Below, piece after piece: positions 10,922 to 23,538 of a stretch of DNA of 64,000 nt. Source of the stretch: Octopus sinensis (Eukaryota). Each line of letters opens with the position of its first letter. The stretch's first letter is position 1. Where the stretch lies: the NCBI RefSeq assembly GCF_006345805.1, contig NW_021836148.1, forward strand, positions 1 to 64,000. Reading direction: 5' to 3'. A program made the translations under genes and the position numbers. Under the pieces are notes generated by a model. That model was not told the DNA's origin. It did no database searches and saw nothing but the letters and a program-made list of their open reading frames with translations.

Positions 10922-11045
10922 GTTTAACGTCCGCTTTCCATGCTAGCATGGGTTGGACGGTTCAACTGGGGTCTGGCAAGCCCGAAGGCTGCACCAGGCC
11001 AGTCAGATCTGGCAGTGTTTCTACAGCTGGATGCCCTTCCTAACG
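10888..11045 (-). mobile_element. RTE 3'-tail fragment
   Basis: (CAT)n-cgtttaacgtccgctttccatgctagcatggg...gatgcccttcctaacgcc. Confidence 0.9.
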
Positions 11046-11429
11046 CCATATATATATATATATATATATATATGTACCATCAGACACTTGTTCGTGAACA
11101 ATTTCTTAAAAATTATTATACTGGTGAAGACAATTTTAATATGCAGATGTTCTTTTTAACAGAAAGTTATTTAATATAAAAATATTGGTGAGCAGGCTAT
11201 AGCTGCCTATTTTAATAACATATGATGACAATTGATGAGAATATTTTTAATAATAGTTAGACTTAATTGAAATTCAATTGCCTAAGTGTATTAACTGAAG
11301 ACAGCAGAATTAAATATGTTTAGGAAATACGTTACTCTGCAGTGTTGTTTATAGATATTTTTTAGTATTCAACCAATTTTTTATGGATAGAATTTTAAAG
11401 GTTTGCTTATCTCAGTGTTAGGTAATCTT

Positions 11430-11639
11430 GTCCTTGTTTCAGTCATTTAACTGCAGCCATGCTGGGACACCTCTTTGAAGGGCTTAAGTTGAACAAATTG
11501 AGCCCAAGGCTTATATTTTGAAGCCTTGTACTTAATTCTATTGGTCTCTTTTGCTGAACCGCTAAGTTATGGGGACATAAACACACCAACACTAGTTGTC
11601 AAGCTGCGGTGGAGGACAAACACAGACAGAGACACATTC

Positions 11640-11640
<1 letters not shown>
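11430..11640 (-). mobile_element. SINE A 3' half
   Basis: Homology to the SINE A 3' region. Confidence 0.8.
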
Positions 11641-11724
<84 letters not shown>

Positions 11725-11727
11725 ATA

Positions 11728-12124
11728 CTAGCAGTATCGCCCGGCGTTGCTTGGGTTTGTAAGGGAAATAACTATATAAGCATTTTTAGAGAGTTATAGC
11801 CAAAAAATAGCAAAAAGAATGCATTAAAAATGGAAAAAAAATGATGGTAACTTTTTTTTTAAATCGTTGACTCATCGTAGACATTTTTAGAGAGTTACTT
11901 CCCTTATATAATTGCGAAAAAATGCATTAAAATGGAAAAAAATTATGGTAAATTATTTTTAAAATCATAGACTCATCATAGACGCACGCTAATACCCAGA
12001 AGGGCTCGATATGAATCACGACTATAAGATACCCGCTTTTGGTTAAACTGCACCGCAAAATGTGGAAGTAGTTTGGAATCTAAATCGTAGGAGACAGACA
12101 CACAACTTCACTTTTATATATATA
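11728..12124 (+). mobile_element. Helentron/Helitron2-associated non-autonomous element (HINE/DINE-like)
   Basis: 5' ctagcagtatcgcccggcgttgcttggg with subterminal hairpin; 3' gacagacacacaacttcacttttatatata; inserted in (TA)n. Family assignment is by resemblance. Confidence 0.55.
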
Positions 12125-12127
12125 CAG

Positions 12128-12540
12128 GAGTGCTAAGAGCACCATCCATATGTAATCGTTGCCAAAGTAGCAAACTGGTTTCAGTGCCGGTGGCACGTAA
12201 AAAACGTGATCATTACAAGCATCGCCTTACTGGCACGTGAAAATGCACTCATGTGAGATTGTTGCCAATGCTGCTGGACTGGCTCCTGTGCAGGTGGTAC
12301 ATAAAAAACACCATTTGAGCATGGCCATTGTCAGTACAACCTGACTGGCCCTCATGCTGGTGGCACATAAAAGCACCCACTACACTCTCGGAGTGGTTAG
12401 CATTAGGAAGGGCATCCAGCTGTAGAAACTCTGCCAGATCAGATTGGAGCCTGGTGCAGCCATCTGGCTTGCCAGTCCTCAGTCAAATCATCCAACCCAT
12501 GCTAGCATGGAGAGCGGACATTAAATGATGATGATGATGA
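12128..12540 (+). mobile_element. RTE 3'UTR fragment with ~60-nt modules and (GAT)n tail
   Basis: Repeated gtggcac(g/a)taaaa modules followed by the standard tail. Confidence 0.85.
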
Positions 12541-12642
12541 TATATATATATATATATATCTTATTATTATTATTATTATTTCTAAATCTCTCTAATGGAG
12601 ACTACAGCAGCAGTACTGGGTATTAATATTCATTGCCAAGAA

Positions 12643-12857
12643 GTGGCATGCTGGCAGAAATGTTAGGCTGCCTGGCGAAATGCTTAGTGGTATTTCGTCT
12701 GTCTTTACATTCTGAGTTCAAATTCTGCCAAGGGCGACTTCACCTTTCATCCTTTTGGGATCAATAAATTAAGTAGAAGTTGTGTACTGGGGTCAATCTA
12801 ATTGACTGGCCTATACCCAAAAATTTCAGGCCTTGCACCTAGAGCAGAAAAGAAAAG
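12643..12857 (+). mobile_element. SINE B
   Basis: gctggcagaaatgttag...ttctgagttcaaattctgcc. Confidence 0.8.
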
Positions 12858-13034
12858 AATATTTATCACCAAGCTAACATGGTAGTCCAGAGAAATAAGA
12901 CAAATACTGCCATTAATTAGCTCTGAGAGGCCATCACCTCCAGCTAGCTATGTGACTCTCAAATCTGTGTCCATTACAACCTTCTAACAGGGGAGATCAT
13001 TAGCTTCTCCTTGCTGGTTCAACATCCACAGACC

Positions 13035-13160
13035 GGTTGATGGGCTTCTTTCAGTTTCTGTCTACCAAATCCATTTACAAGGATTTGATTGGCCTGAGGC
13101 TATAATAGAAGGCTGAACCAGGAACCATGAGGTTGAGAAACAAGCTTCTCACTACATAAT
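13035..13160 (-). mobile_element. SINE A 5' fragment
   Basis: gatgggcttctttcagtttctgtctacc...gaaccaggaacca. Confidence 0.7.
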
Positions 13161-13669
13161 AATGCCTGCAGCTTAGAGAAATTTGTATATTTGTATCTTG
13201 TGTATTCTATGATTATTAGATGAACACTCAATGCAGTATTCATTTTACTACAGACAATAAATAAAAACCAGTTAAACACAGATTTTAAATTCAGTTATGT
13301 ATAATATCAATTAATCAATGAAACCGTGAAAGAAGCTGGGGAGCCTCTACCTTGTCATTTGACCTTCTAAAAGTAACTGTCAAGTTCCCTTCAAACCTCC
13401 ACCATAACATCTTAAAGAGAAAAGACAAATTGAAAAAAATATTCCGGGTATATTATTTAAAAATATGAAGGAATGGTCATGTCAGGAACTCTTTAATCAT
13501 AGGTGTGAAACAACAACAATATCAGTTATAGTAGTTTTTAAATGAAAAAGTTTTTGACTTGTGTATGAGGCTATAATTACGTCTCTAACTTGACAAAGTA
13601 ACAAATAAAATTGAATGAATTGTTTGCATAGCTGAAGGCAATTGTATTTAAATTATATAACAAAATATA

Positions 13670-14080
13670 GGCGCAGGAGTGGCTGTGTGGTAAGTAGCTT
13701 GCTAACCAACCACATGGTTCCGGGTTCAGTCCCACTGCTTGGCATCTTGGGCAAGTGTCTTCTGCTATAGCCCCGGGCCGACCAATGCCTTGTGAGTGGA
13801 TTTGGTAGACGGAAACTGAAAGAAGCCTGCCGTATATATGTATATATATATATGTGTATGTGTGTGTGTGTGTGTTTGCCCCCCCTAGCATTGCTTGACA
13901 ACCGATGCTGGTGTGTTTACGTCCCCGTCACTCAGCGGTTCGGCAAAAGAGACCGATAGAATAAGTACTGGGCTTACAAAAGAATAAGTCCCGGGATCAT
14001 GTTGCTCGATTAAAGGCGGTGCTCCAGCATGGCCGCAGTCAAATGACTGAAACAAGTAAAAGAGTAAAAGAGTAAAAGAG
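13670..14080 (+). mobile_element. SINE A, full length, young
   Basis: Near-consensus head, internal microsatellite, (gtaaaaga)n tail. Confidence 0.95.
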
Positions 14081-14164
14081 TAAATAAGTAAGAAACTGAG
14101 TTCACATGAGTGTAAAGTGATTTCACAAGAATGTAAAGGGACATAACTTGATATTAGTTACAAA

Positions 14165-14378
14165 TTTTGGTACAAAGCCAGTAAGTTCAGAGGAGGCAAG
14201 GAGGTTAATCGATCAACTACATTGATCCCAGTTATACAACTTGTACTTGCTTTGTTGACCTCGAAAGGGCAAAAGGCAAAGTGGACCTCAGCAGAGTTTG
14301 AAATCAGAGCATATAGATGGATGAAATGCTAATAATCATTTTGCCCAGCATGCTAATGGTTCTGCCAGCTCACTGCCA
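14165..14378 (-). mobile_element. SINE B, diverged
   Basis: aaaggcaaagtggacctcagcagagtttgaaatcagag. Confidence 0.75.
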
Positions 14379-14397
14379 TGACATAACTTAATTATTC

Positions 14398-14540
14398 ATC
14401 ATCATCATCATCATTATCATCACCACCAGCATCATAATCATCATCATCATCATCAATTAAAATCCGTTTTCCGTGCTGGCACGGGTTGGATGATTTGAGA
14501 GGAGCTGGCAAGGCCAGGGGCTACACCAGGTTCCATAGTC
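14398..14540 (-). mobile_element. RTE 3'-tail fragment
   Basis: (CAT)n...ccgttttccgtgctggcacgggttgga. Confidence 0.75.
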
Positions 14541-14542
14541 TC

Positions 14543-14789
14543 TTTTACTCTTTTTACTCTCTTTTACTTGTTTCAGTCATTTGACTGCAGCCATGCTGGA
14601 GCACCACCTTTAATCGAGCAAATCGACCGCAGGACTTATTCTTCAGAAGCCTAGTACTTATTCTATCGGTCTCTTTTGCTGAACTGCTAAGTTACAGGGA
14701 CCTAAACACACCAGCATCAGTTGTCATGCAATGTTGGTGGGACAAACACAGACACACTAGCATATACACACACATACATATATATATAT

Positions 14790-14832
<43 letters not shown>

Positions 14833-14978
14833 ACATACATATGTACATATAATTACGACAGGCTTCTTTCAGTTTCTATCTACCAAATCCACTCACAAGG
14901 CTTTGGTCAGGCTGAGGCTGAAGTAGAAGACACTTGTCCAAGGTGCCACGTAGTGGGACTGAACCCAGAACCATGTGG
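14543..14978 (-). mobile_element. SINE A, near full length
   Basis: Homology across both halves. Confidence 0.9.
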
Positions 14979-14984
14979 ATTTTT

Positions 14985-15185
14985 CTCTCCAAATTTTGTT
15001 AGAAGGCTAGCAATTTTAGGAAAGAGGTAAATCAATTACATCGATCTCAGTACACAACTGGTACTTATTTTATATCATCACTGAAAGGACAAAAAAAATA
15101 CAAAGTGAACCTCTGTGGAATTTGAACTCAGAACAATCGTGAACATCTTGCCTGATGTGCTAACAATTCTGCCAGTTCATTACCT
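14985..15185 (-). mobile_element. SINE B, diverged
   Basis: atcgatctcagtacacaactggtact...ggaatttgaactcagaac. Confidence 0.7.
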
Positions 15186-15548
15186 TCAAATTACTTGATA
15201 TTACAAGATATTTCTGCCACTCTTTTACCAGTTCTGCCATTCCTCAGCATGAGAAGTAGATATTAAAAGATAAGGAGGAGGAAGAGGAGAGAGGAGGAAG
15301 AGGAGGGGGGAGGAAGAGGACAGGGGAGGAGGAGGAGGAGGAGGAGGAAATGCAGGATACAAGTGATAAGGTTGCATATGTGAGAAATTAGCAGACACGA
15401 CTCTGATTTGTTGAATTCTGTCAAACAGCGATAATTCCTTTAACGCCAGTTCCATGAGCAAGTGCACTTACTACACATCGTAAAATGGTTGATGATAGGA
15501 AAAGCATCCACAATTGGCAGTAGAAGTCAATAACTAGTAGCAGTAGTA

Positions 15549-16625
15549 GTGGTGGAGATGGTGGTGGAGATGGTGGTGGTGGTGGAGATGGTGGTGGAGA
15601 TGGTGGTGGTGGTGGAGATGGTGGTGGAGATGGTGGTGGTGGTGGAGATGGTGGTGGAGATGGTTGTGGTGGTGGAGATGGTGGTGGACATGGTGGTGGT
15701 GGTGGAGATGGTGGAGTGGTGGTTGGTGGTGGTGGAGATGGTGGTGGAGATGGTGGTGGTGGTGGAGATGGTGGTGGAGATGGTGGTGGTGGTGGAGATG
15801 GTGGTGGAGATGGTGGTGGTGGTGGAGATGGTGGTGGTGGTGGAGATGGTGGTGGAGATGGTGGTGGTGGTGGAGATGGTGGTGGTGGAGATGGTGGTGG
15901 TGGTGGAGGTGGTGGTGGTGGTGGAGATGGTGGTGGTGGTGGAGATGGTGGTGGAGATGGTGGTGGTGGTGGAGATGGTGGTGGAGATGGTGGTGGTGGT
16001 GGAGATGGTGGTGGTGGAGATGGTGGTGTGTGGTGGAGATGGTGGTGGGAGATGGATGGTGGTGGTGGTGGAGATGGTGGTGGAGATGGTGGTGGTGGTG
16101 GAGATGGTGGTGGTGGTGGTGGAGATGGGGGTGGAGATGGTGGTGGTGGTGGAGATGGTTGGTGGTGGTGGAGATGGTGGTGGAGATGGTGGTGGTGGTG
16201 GAGATGGTGGTGGGGGGGAGATGGTGGTGGAGATGGTGGTGGAGATGTGGTGGTGGTGGAGGGTGGTGGAGATGGTGGTGGTGGTGGAGATGGTGGTGGA
16301 GATGGTGGTGGTGGTGGAGATGGTGGTGGTGGTGGAGATGGTGGTGAGGGGAGTGGGGAGATGGTGGTGGTGGTGGAGATGGTGGTGGTGGTGGAGATGG
16401 TGGTGGAGATGGTGGTGGTGGAGATGGTGGTGGTGGAGATGGTGGTGGAGATGGTGGTGGTGGTGGGTGGTGGTGGTGGTGGAGATGGTGGTGGAGATGG
16501 TGGTGGAGATGGTGGTGGTGGTGGAGATGGTGGTGGAGATGGTGGTTGGTGTGGAGATGGTGGTGGGAGAGATGGTGGTGGTGGTGGAGATGGTGGTGGA
16601 GATGGTGGTGGTGGTGCAGATGGTT
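15549..16625. repeat. G-rich minisatellite of GAGAT(GGT)2-4G units, ~1.08 kb
   Basis: Direct reading; 12- and 15-nt units mixed. Confidence 0.95.
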
Positions 16626-17206
16626 GCAGCAGTGGCAGCAGCAACAATGGGCCATTCAAGAATTTGGACTGGAGATCTCCATTCCAGTGACTTCGAGGGC
16701 CACCTTCCAGTGTGGTGGGGCGGTCAACGAAGAGCCCTCGACTACAACAAGACAACTAAGTTTTTTTTTTTTTTTTTTTCCCAAGGTCTGGGGTCTCCTG
16801 CTCCTTAAGCCCTAGACCATCACCTAATCACCTTACCTGTCCTGGGCTTAACAACAACAACAACAGCAACCGACAACAACAACAGTGGTGATGGTGGTGA
16901 TGATGGTGGTGGGTGGTGGTGGTGGCGGTGGCAGTGGCTGCGGCAGTGGTGGTAATGATGATGATGAGTCTTTGGTCAATGCTATGGTTGAAAACCATGC
17001 ACTCTGAGACCAAAACCAGAATAATGCAATTATGAATCGAACTTCTGAACCTCATAGCAATACCTCTTCCCTATAACATACACTAAATATATTATACTAA
17101 AACAAAGTGGCAAGTATTGTAACTAGCTGGCTGAAACCTTTTCATCTTCATTATTTTCATTAGGAACATCATGAATGTCTCAACATCTCATTTAATATAT
17201 ATAAAA

Positions 17207-17383
17207 CACTCACGGAGTGGTTGGCGGAGTGGTTGGCGTTAGGAAGGGCATCCAGCTGTAGAAACATTGCCAAATTAGACTGGAGCCTGGTGCAGCCTTC
17301 TGGCTTCCCAGAACCCCGGTCGAACCGTCCAACCCATGCTAGCATGGAGAACGGACGTTAAACGACGATGATGATGATGATGA
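17207..17383 (+). mobile_element. RTE 3'-tail fragment
   Basis: Standard tail with a short internal duplication (ggagtggttggc x2). Confidence 0.9.
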
Positions 17384-17424
17384 AAACCTTATATTTTAAT
17401 TAAAATAATCTAATATTATCCTGG

Positions 17425-17575
17425 GTGGAGGTGCTTGTCTCCCTCCTTGAAAACATAAGGACACAGGAAATATGTCAAGGCCGACAGGAAGCGTTGATGC
17501 TTCCTAGGGCTAAATAGCAGTGGTGTGATTCCCTTCATGGGACTGTCACATTAAATTGACAGTATACAACTACTC
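17425..17575. repeat. Unclassified structured dispersed repeat, copy 2
   Basis: Homologous to 6860-7012. Confidence 0.7.
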
Positions 17576-18213
17576 TATCGTACCACTACTGCTTATATTT
17601 CTCTGAGATATTTAGAAATGTAATATTTCTATTATATTATCCTGAATACTGAGAAACTAGTAAAGATGGAATAACATTTAATAGGATACTTCTTAATATC
17701 TAATGATTGAGGTTATCCAACTGAAATGATCCCTTATTAAGCAAACCTTAAATGAGGAGCATTCCAGATGTGACTGTCTTTTTAGAAGTATGGAAGACAA
17801 GGTCCTCCTGAGTGCCCTTTCCTTATTTTCAAGGACTGGGCCTGATTTGAAGGAGATTTTGGCTACTGTTTCTAACTGGTCAAATGTCCACATAAAGGCT
17901 TTGTGCTTTGTTTCCTTGTAATTTTAAGCTAAAATTCAGTCAGTATCGACTAACTTTCATACTTGACAAAAATTTGGTAAAATATATTCTATATTGGAAT
18001 CGATTTAATTGATTTTGCTCTTTATCAACAAAACCTCACCTTGTGCCTAGTCAGAATAAATCAATATTACTTAATTCAGATATGAGAAATAGCGAAAAAT
18101 TGAGTGTGATTACTGACTAGAAAGTACAGATCAACAAGTGAAATTGCTCTCCCAGCAGACCCATTTTCAAGTAGGTGGTGTGATTGAGGTCAACTATTAT
18201 ATATTTTCATTAG

Positions 18214-18310
18214 ATTAACTCAGAAATGTCTGTGTGTGAAGAAGTCCAATGAAAGAGAACCAAACTCTTCAAATGCACCCTATGTGGTCAAAATTTATGT
18301 TTTCCAATTG
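18214..18310 (+). other. Candidate 97-nt internal coding exon (LTQKCLCVKKSNEREPNSSNAPYVVKIYVFQL), gene unknown
   Basis: Acceptor ttttcattag, donor TG|gtgagg, one open frame; no homology recognised. Confidence 0.25.
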
Positions 18311-19061
18311 GTGAGGAATGAAGATTTATTGAACATCTTTACCTTCCCTTTCAAACAGAAAGAGAAGCGCTTTTACTTCTATTTAGCTTTATCTTATTTT
18401 TATAATTTTTTTTTTTTTATATAGCATTAACAAAAAAAAAACAAAAAACTATGAATTAAACATATAAATGTAAAAGAAATAGTAACTTTAGGGCATCAAT
18501 ATTAATATAAGTATTTATTTATTCTTGACATCTGACAAAATTAGATTGTGAACATGGAAGCCAAAACATTATCAAATAAAGCAATAAAACAATAAACCAA
18601 ATCACACAATACAAAAAAAAAAACAATAAATTCTTGCTTTTGTATGACTTATCCTTCAGAAAGGTCTGCGTGAATTTCTTCAGATGAGTCTTTCCAATCT
18701 TATTTTCTTTCCTGATCTCCTTAAATAAATAACATTTCAATTATCATTTATTTTGTCTTTTTTCCATCTTTACTTCTACTTCCAGTGGTTTCATTTATCC
18801 TTTATTTAGAGTGGTATAGATTGATCAAACTATTAGCCCTCACTTTTATCTTTCTGCCTGCACCATATTTCAAGCAGTAGATTTTTCCAATCATCTAGTT
18901 ATAGTGTCACAGCATGGCTCTTTCAGAGTCATTTCCTGGTTAAGATCAGTTCATTTATCATGGCTCAAAACCTTTACGCATCTATGTATGTATTTTTACA
19001 TACACTCATATATGTATGAATACGTCTATATATATGCGTGTGTGTGTGCTATATAGATATG

Positions 19062-19097
<36 letters not shown>

Positions 19098-19412
19098 TAT
19101 ACATTCATATACATGTGTATGTATCTATTTATAAAGAGAAAATGAGAGATAAAGACTGATAGTAAAAATAAATGCACAGAAATAATCAAAGTCATGCCCT
19201 TGTCTTAAACTTCAAATGTCCTATTTTGTGTTTGAATCAGACTGAAAAATTCTGAATTCCTCAAGAAGCACCAAAATTACTTTCTGGAGATACTAAGCAA
19301 AAAGCCAGTCAGTAAACACAGCACAGACTTGACATAGCATTACAATGACACAATGACTTTGTCCTGCATATGCACAATACAATAAATTTTCAGAATATCA
19401 ATGTCATGAAAA

Positions 19413-19622
19413 CGTGCCAGTGTCACATAAACGTGCCAGGTGCCATATAGAAAGCGACCATACCAGTGTCATGTATAAAGCGCCTGTGCTGGTGGCATGT
19501 ATAAAAGTACCTTTGCCGGTGCCAGGTAAAAAGTACCCAGTAGAGTGCTCGACATTAGGAAAGGCATCAGGCCATAGCCAGAGCCTGGTGCAGCTCTCCA
19601 GTCAGCCAGCTCCTGTCAAAGC
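19413..19622 (+). mobile_element. Decayed RTE 3'UTR fragment with modules
   Basis: gtgctggtggcatgtataaaag...cattaggaaaggcatc. Confidence 0.65.
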
Positions 19623-19639
19623 ATAATAATAGACATTAA

Positions 19640-19645
19640 ATTATG

Positions 19646-19684
<39 letters not shown>

Positions 19685-19707
19685 TATTATTATTATATTA
19701 CTATTAC

Positions 19708-19770
<63 letters not shown>

Positions 19771-19790
19771 CATGATGATGATGATGATGA
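19640..19790. repeat. (TAT)n/(GAT)n microsatellite
   Basis: Direct reading. Confidence 0.95.
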
Positions 19791-19796
19791 TGGGGG

Positions 19797-20000
19797 GCAT
19801 GATCCTCCAAATATCAAATGAAAATTGTAGTCATGATTCCTGTGCTGGTGGCACATAAAAAGCACCCACTACACTCACGGAGTGGTTGGTATTAGAAAGG
19901 GCATCCAGCTGTAGAAACACTGTCAGATCAGACTGGAGCCTGGCACAGCCTCCTGGCTTCCCAGACCACGGAAAACGGATGTTAAATGATGATGATGATG
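19797..20000 (+). mobile_element. RTE 3'-tail fragment
   Basis: atcaaatgaaaattgtag...ggcacataaaaagcacccactacactc. Confidence 0.9.
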
Positions 20001-20307
20001 TCTACTAATAGATATTTTATCTATTGAAAGATGAATAGTTAAGATTATAACTATGATATTTCAACAGGTGACAAAATGGACAGAATTTAAGTAGCATTTT
20101 GTTATGGTTCTTGAGAAAGAGACAATGTTAAGGATCTTCACATGCACTCCAAGGCTACTGATGCCTATATAATCAGGCCAGGTTCGTGCAATATCTGATG
20201 AAGAAAACAGACATGAGTGAACTGAGAGGGTTTGAAGTACATGACATGAAACCATCCTAGCACAAAGAACAGGCGTTTACAGTAATAACTGTAGAAAAGA
20301 TGAGTCT

Positions 20308-20981
20308 AGGACATTTACTCCCACCCCAATGGACAATAACTCCCCAAGGAAAATTACCCCTGAGGACAACAGATCTTGAGATAAAAAACTTTTCAATGTG
20401 TTGGAGAGGGGGTAATTGTAGGAGTGGGTGTGGGAAGTAGCTTGCTTACGAACTACATGGTTCCGGGTTCAGTCCCACTGTGTGGCACCTTGGGCAAGTA
20501 TCTTCTACTATAGCCTTGGGCCAACCAAATCCTTGTGAGTGGATTTGGTAGACAGAAACTGAAAGAAACCCATCGTATGTATATACATATATGTGTGTGT
20601 GTGTGTGTGTGTGGATGTGTGTGTGTGTGTGTGGATGTGTGTGTGTGTGTGGATGTGTGTGTGGATGTGTGTGTGTATATGTTTGTGTGTCTGCGTTTGT
20701 CCTCGCAACATCGCTTGACAACCGATGCTGGTGTGTTCACGTCCCCGTAACTTAGCAGTTCAGCAAAAGAAACCGATAGAATAACTACTAGGCTTACAAA
20801 GAATAAGTCCTGGGGTCGATGTGCTCGACTAAAAGAGGTGCTCCAGCATGACCACAGTCAAATGACTGAAACAAGTAAAACAGTAAAAGAGTAATTAAGC
20901 AGGGTAATTGTCCTGGGGCTAGTTGTCATTGGGGTGGGGAATTGTCCCATGGTGGGTAATTTCCTAGCGACTAATTGTCCT
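20308..20981. mobile_element. Foldback/MITE-like element with internally repetitive inverted arms, split by a SINE
   Basis: ccaccccaatggacaataactccccaaggaaaattacccctg vs reverse complement of cagggtaattgtcctggggctagttgtcattggggtgg; termini aggaca(t/a)tta. Confidence 0.5.
20421..20892 (+). mobile_element. SINE A, full length
   Basis: Homology across both halves. Confidence 0.92.
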
Positions 20982-21738
20982 GATATGGAAAAGACAGAGT
21001 GAAGAGACAACGAGAAACCATATCTAATGAAGTAAGAGTATATCTGGTGAGCAACTTCATGTCAGTCAGTCAGGTATCTCCATGTCAATCAACCATTTAG
21101 CCAAGGACGTTTGTACTTATAGCAGCAACACCACTTTATGACTTTTATATGCAAAATGTTTCTGCTACTCCAAGATGTAAGTGAGAACAAGCATTCATTT
21201 GCATCTTAAAGATGTGGCATGTCAATAAGTAAAATTTTTCTTTAAAGGGCTTCCATTCAATTCAGTAATGGGTAATAACACTATGGAACATTTCAAGTAC
21301 ATAATTGAGAAGTACTTTACCAAATTCCCCTTGTTAGTTTACATATGTTAATAATGTCTCACTTTCCTGACTGCACAATGACCATATAAACTCCGTAAAT
21401 AGTACTGAATAAGAAAAGAAAACAATAACCAGCCATTATTTCTTGTTATGCTAATGCAACCCTCAGAAATGTTTAACAAAAGCTTACTTCTATTTAACCC
21501 TCGGAAGTGTTTAACAAAAGCTAACATCCATTTAACTTTATCCACATTACATGCATCAGCCGCTCTACAGTGTTAAGATTGATATAATCAGTTGTTTACA
21601 ACACAGAAGAAAAGTCATTGGTAACAAACTATAAATATACTAGCTAAATAATATATTCTTGAGAAACAAATATCAGCCATGTTTCATGGAAGTTGGAACC
21701 TCTTAGACACAGGAAGTACAAACAAAATTGAAATTTAC

Positions 21739-21868
21739 TGCAACATTTTCTTTAGTAAAGTTGTCTTGCTGAGATGATACAAAGCGTTTCTGTGTCAATA
21801 TAACACTAAATAAACTGAAGTTGTTCAGCAAATCTTGCACAGACTTCAATCCAATATAGTTGCCCCTA
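21739..21868 (-). other. Candidate 130-nt internal coding exon (RGNYIGLKSVQDLLNNFSLFSVILTQKRFVSSQQDNFTKENVA), gene unknown
   Basis: Acceptor catttcag, donor GCA|gtaaat, 43 open codons; no homology recognised. Confidence 0.2.
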
Positions 21869-22888
21869 CTGAAATGAGTTTAAATAGTATTATATTTATA
21901 TTGGAGCTTAGCTCATGAATTAGCTAGTATAAAAAAGAAAAGTGTTTTGTGAGTTCTTTTCTATTCTAATGTGTTCCACACACAGACACACACACACTCG
22001 TCAGACAATGAGCGAAGTCAAGTTACTCAGGAATACAAGGATTGAAAAGTATTGTAAAAAAAAACTACAGAAAGATTACTCTATGGATTTATATGTTGCT
22101 GTAGTAATACGCAAATATATATACACATTAAGATACATTTATTGTATTATATCACATTCAAATATCTAACACGATTTATAACAGAACACCTGTGTTATAA
22201 CAAGAATCCTTTTCTTTTTTTCTGTCTTTTGTTCTTTTTGCTTGTTTGTTTGTTCCTGATTAAAAAAAAAACAAAAAGAAATAATATTTTTATATATATT
22301 TATTAAGTTCTTTGACTTTGGAATAAACAGTTTTTTTTCTGTTAATGTTCTTACTCACCTCATCAAAAGTACAAACAAAATAAACTACAATACATGTTAG
22401 TTATTTTCTACATTTTCTTTTACTATTATTATTATTATTATTATGATTATTATTATCATTATGAGATGCAGCACAGAATTTTGTCAGTGAACAGGTCGCG
22501 GTCTCAAAGCAACGAAAATATTTTGGCAAATTAAATTTAAATGTTGAAGTGAATCTAATGGTTTTTGTGTGTTTCTTAAATGGCTTATAAACACCTTCCA
22601 TGCTGCAATTGTTTTCGTTCCAGCACACGATCTCAGATCAGGTCACTTACTATGCAAGTACATCTCCATAATATTATTATTATTATTATTTATTCTACTT
22701 ATTGTATATTAGAAAAGAAATCCTTAAAAGTCATCATCCTTTAACCCATAAATCCATCAACATTGAATGATTTGTTACAATAATTGATGTGTCCCCTGAG
22801 GATCAAATGTGGTTGAGCATCTATATGCTTTTGGAACTTCTATCACAGAGCTCCAAACAGCCATAATGGTGAGCTGCAAGAACCTTAA

Positions 22889-23108
22889 CCCTTTAGCATT
22901 TAAACCGACCATATCCGGCCCAAATATTCTACTTGTTTTATGTTCAGAATGGCTAGATTTGGCTTCTCACACCCACCCTACAATGTCATTCTAAAAATAA
23001 ACAATCACATCATCATAATCTCAAAGCTACAAGACAATGCCTGATAAATTCAAAACAATGTGAATGAATAAGTATTACATTTGACAGAGTAATCTGAATG
23101 CTAAAGGG
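22889..23108. mobile_element. piggyBac-type MITE, 220 bp
   Basis: TTAA at 22885-22888 and 23109-23112; perfect 12-bp TIR CCCTTTAGCATT. Confidence 0.85.
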
Positions 23109-23127
23109 TTAATATAAACCTAATACC

Positions 23128-23278
23128 CACCCACTACACTCTCGGAGTGGTGGGCGTTAGGAAGAGCATCCAGCTGTAGAAATTCTGCCAGATCAGATTG
23201 GAGTCTGGTGCAGCCATCTGCTTCGCCAGACCTCAGTCAAATCGTCCAACCCATGCTAGTATGGAAAGCGGACGTTAA

Positions 23279-23313
<35 letters not shown>
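23128..23313 (+). mobile_element. RTE 3'-tail fragment
   Basis: Standard tail with (GAT)n. Confidence 0.9.
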
Positions 23314-23314
<1 letters not shown>

Positions 23315-23538
23315 TTTATCCTTACTTTACCTAGATTTGCTCTGTAGTTCATAATTGGTAATTTTATTTAGAATAGTAATTAATTGACAACTATACAAGA
23401 AGCAGACTGGATTATGAAAATCTGCATGGAGCTTTAAACACATCAGCAGCAACCAGACATCTGCTTATGTGCATAATTTCTGTTGTAATTAAATATATAT
23501 AAAATTTCTTTAGATAACATCTGAAACAAATGCATTTA

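Noticed and set aside
15421-16808. Long ORFs (444, 419, 373, 324 aa) resembling extensin or His/Gly-rich proteins
   Set aside because: Stop-free artefacts of a GGT/GAGAT minisatellite, open on both strands.
21456-21535. 38-bp local tandem duplication (aaccctc.gaa.tgtttaacaaaagct)
   Set aside because: Ordinary slippage duplication with no further structure.
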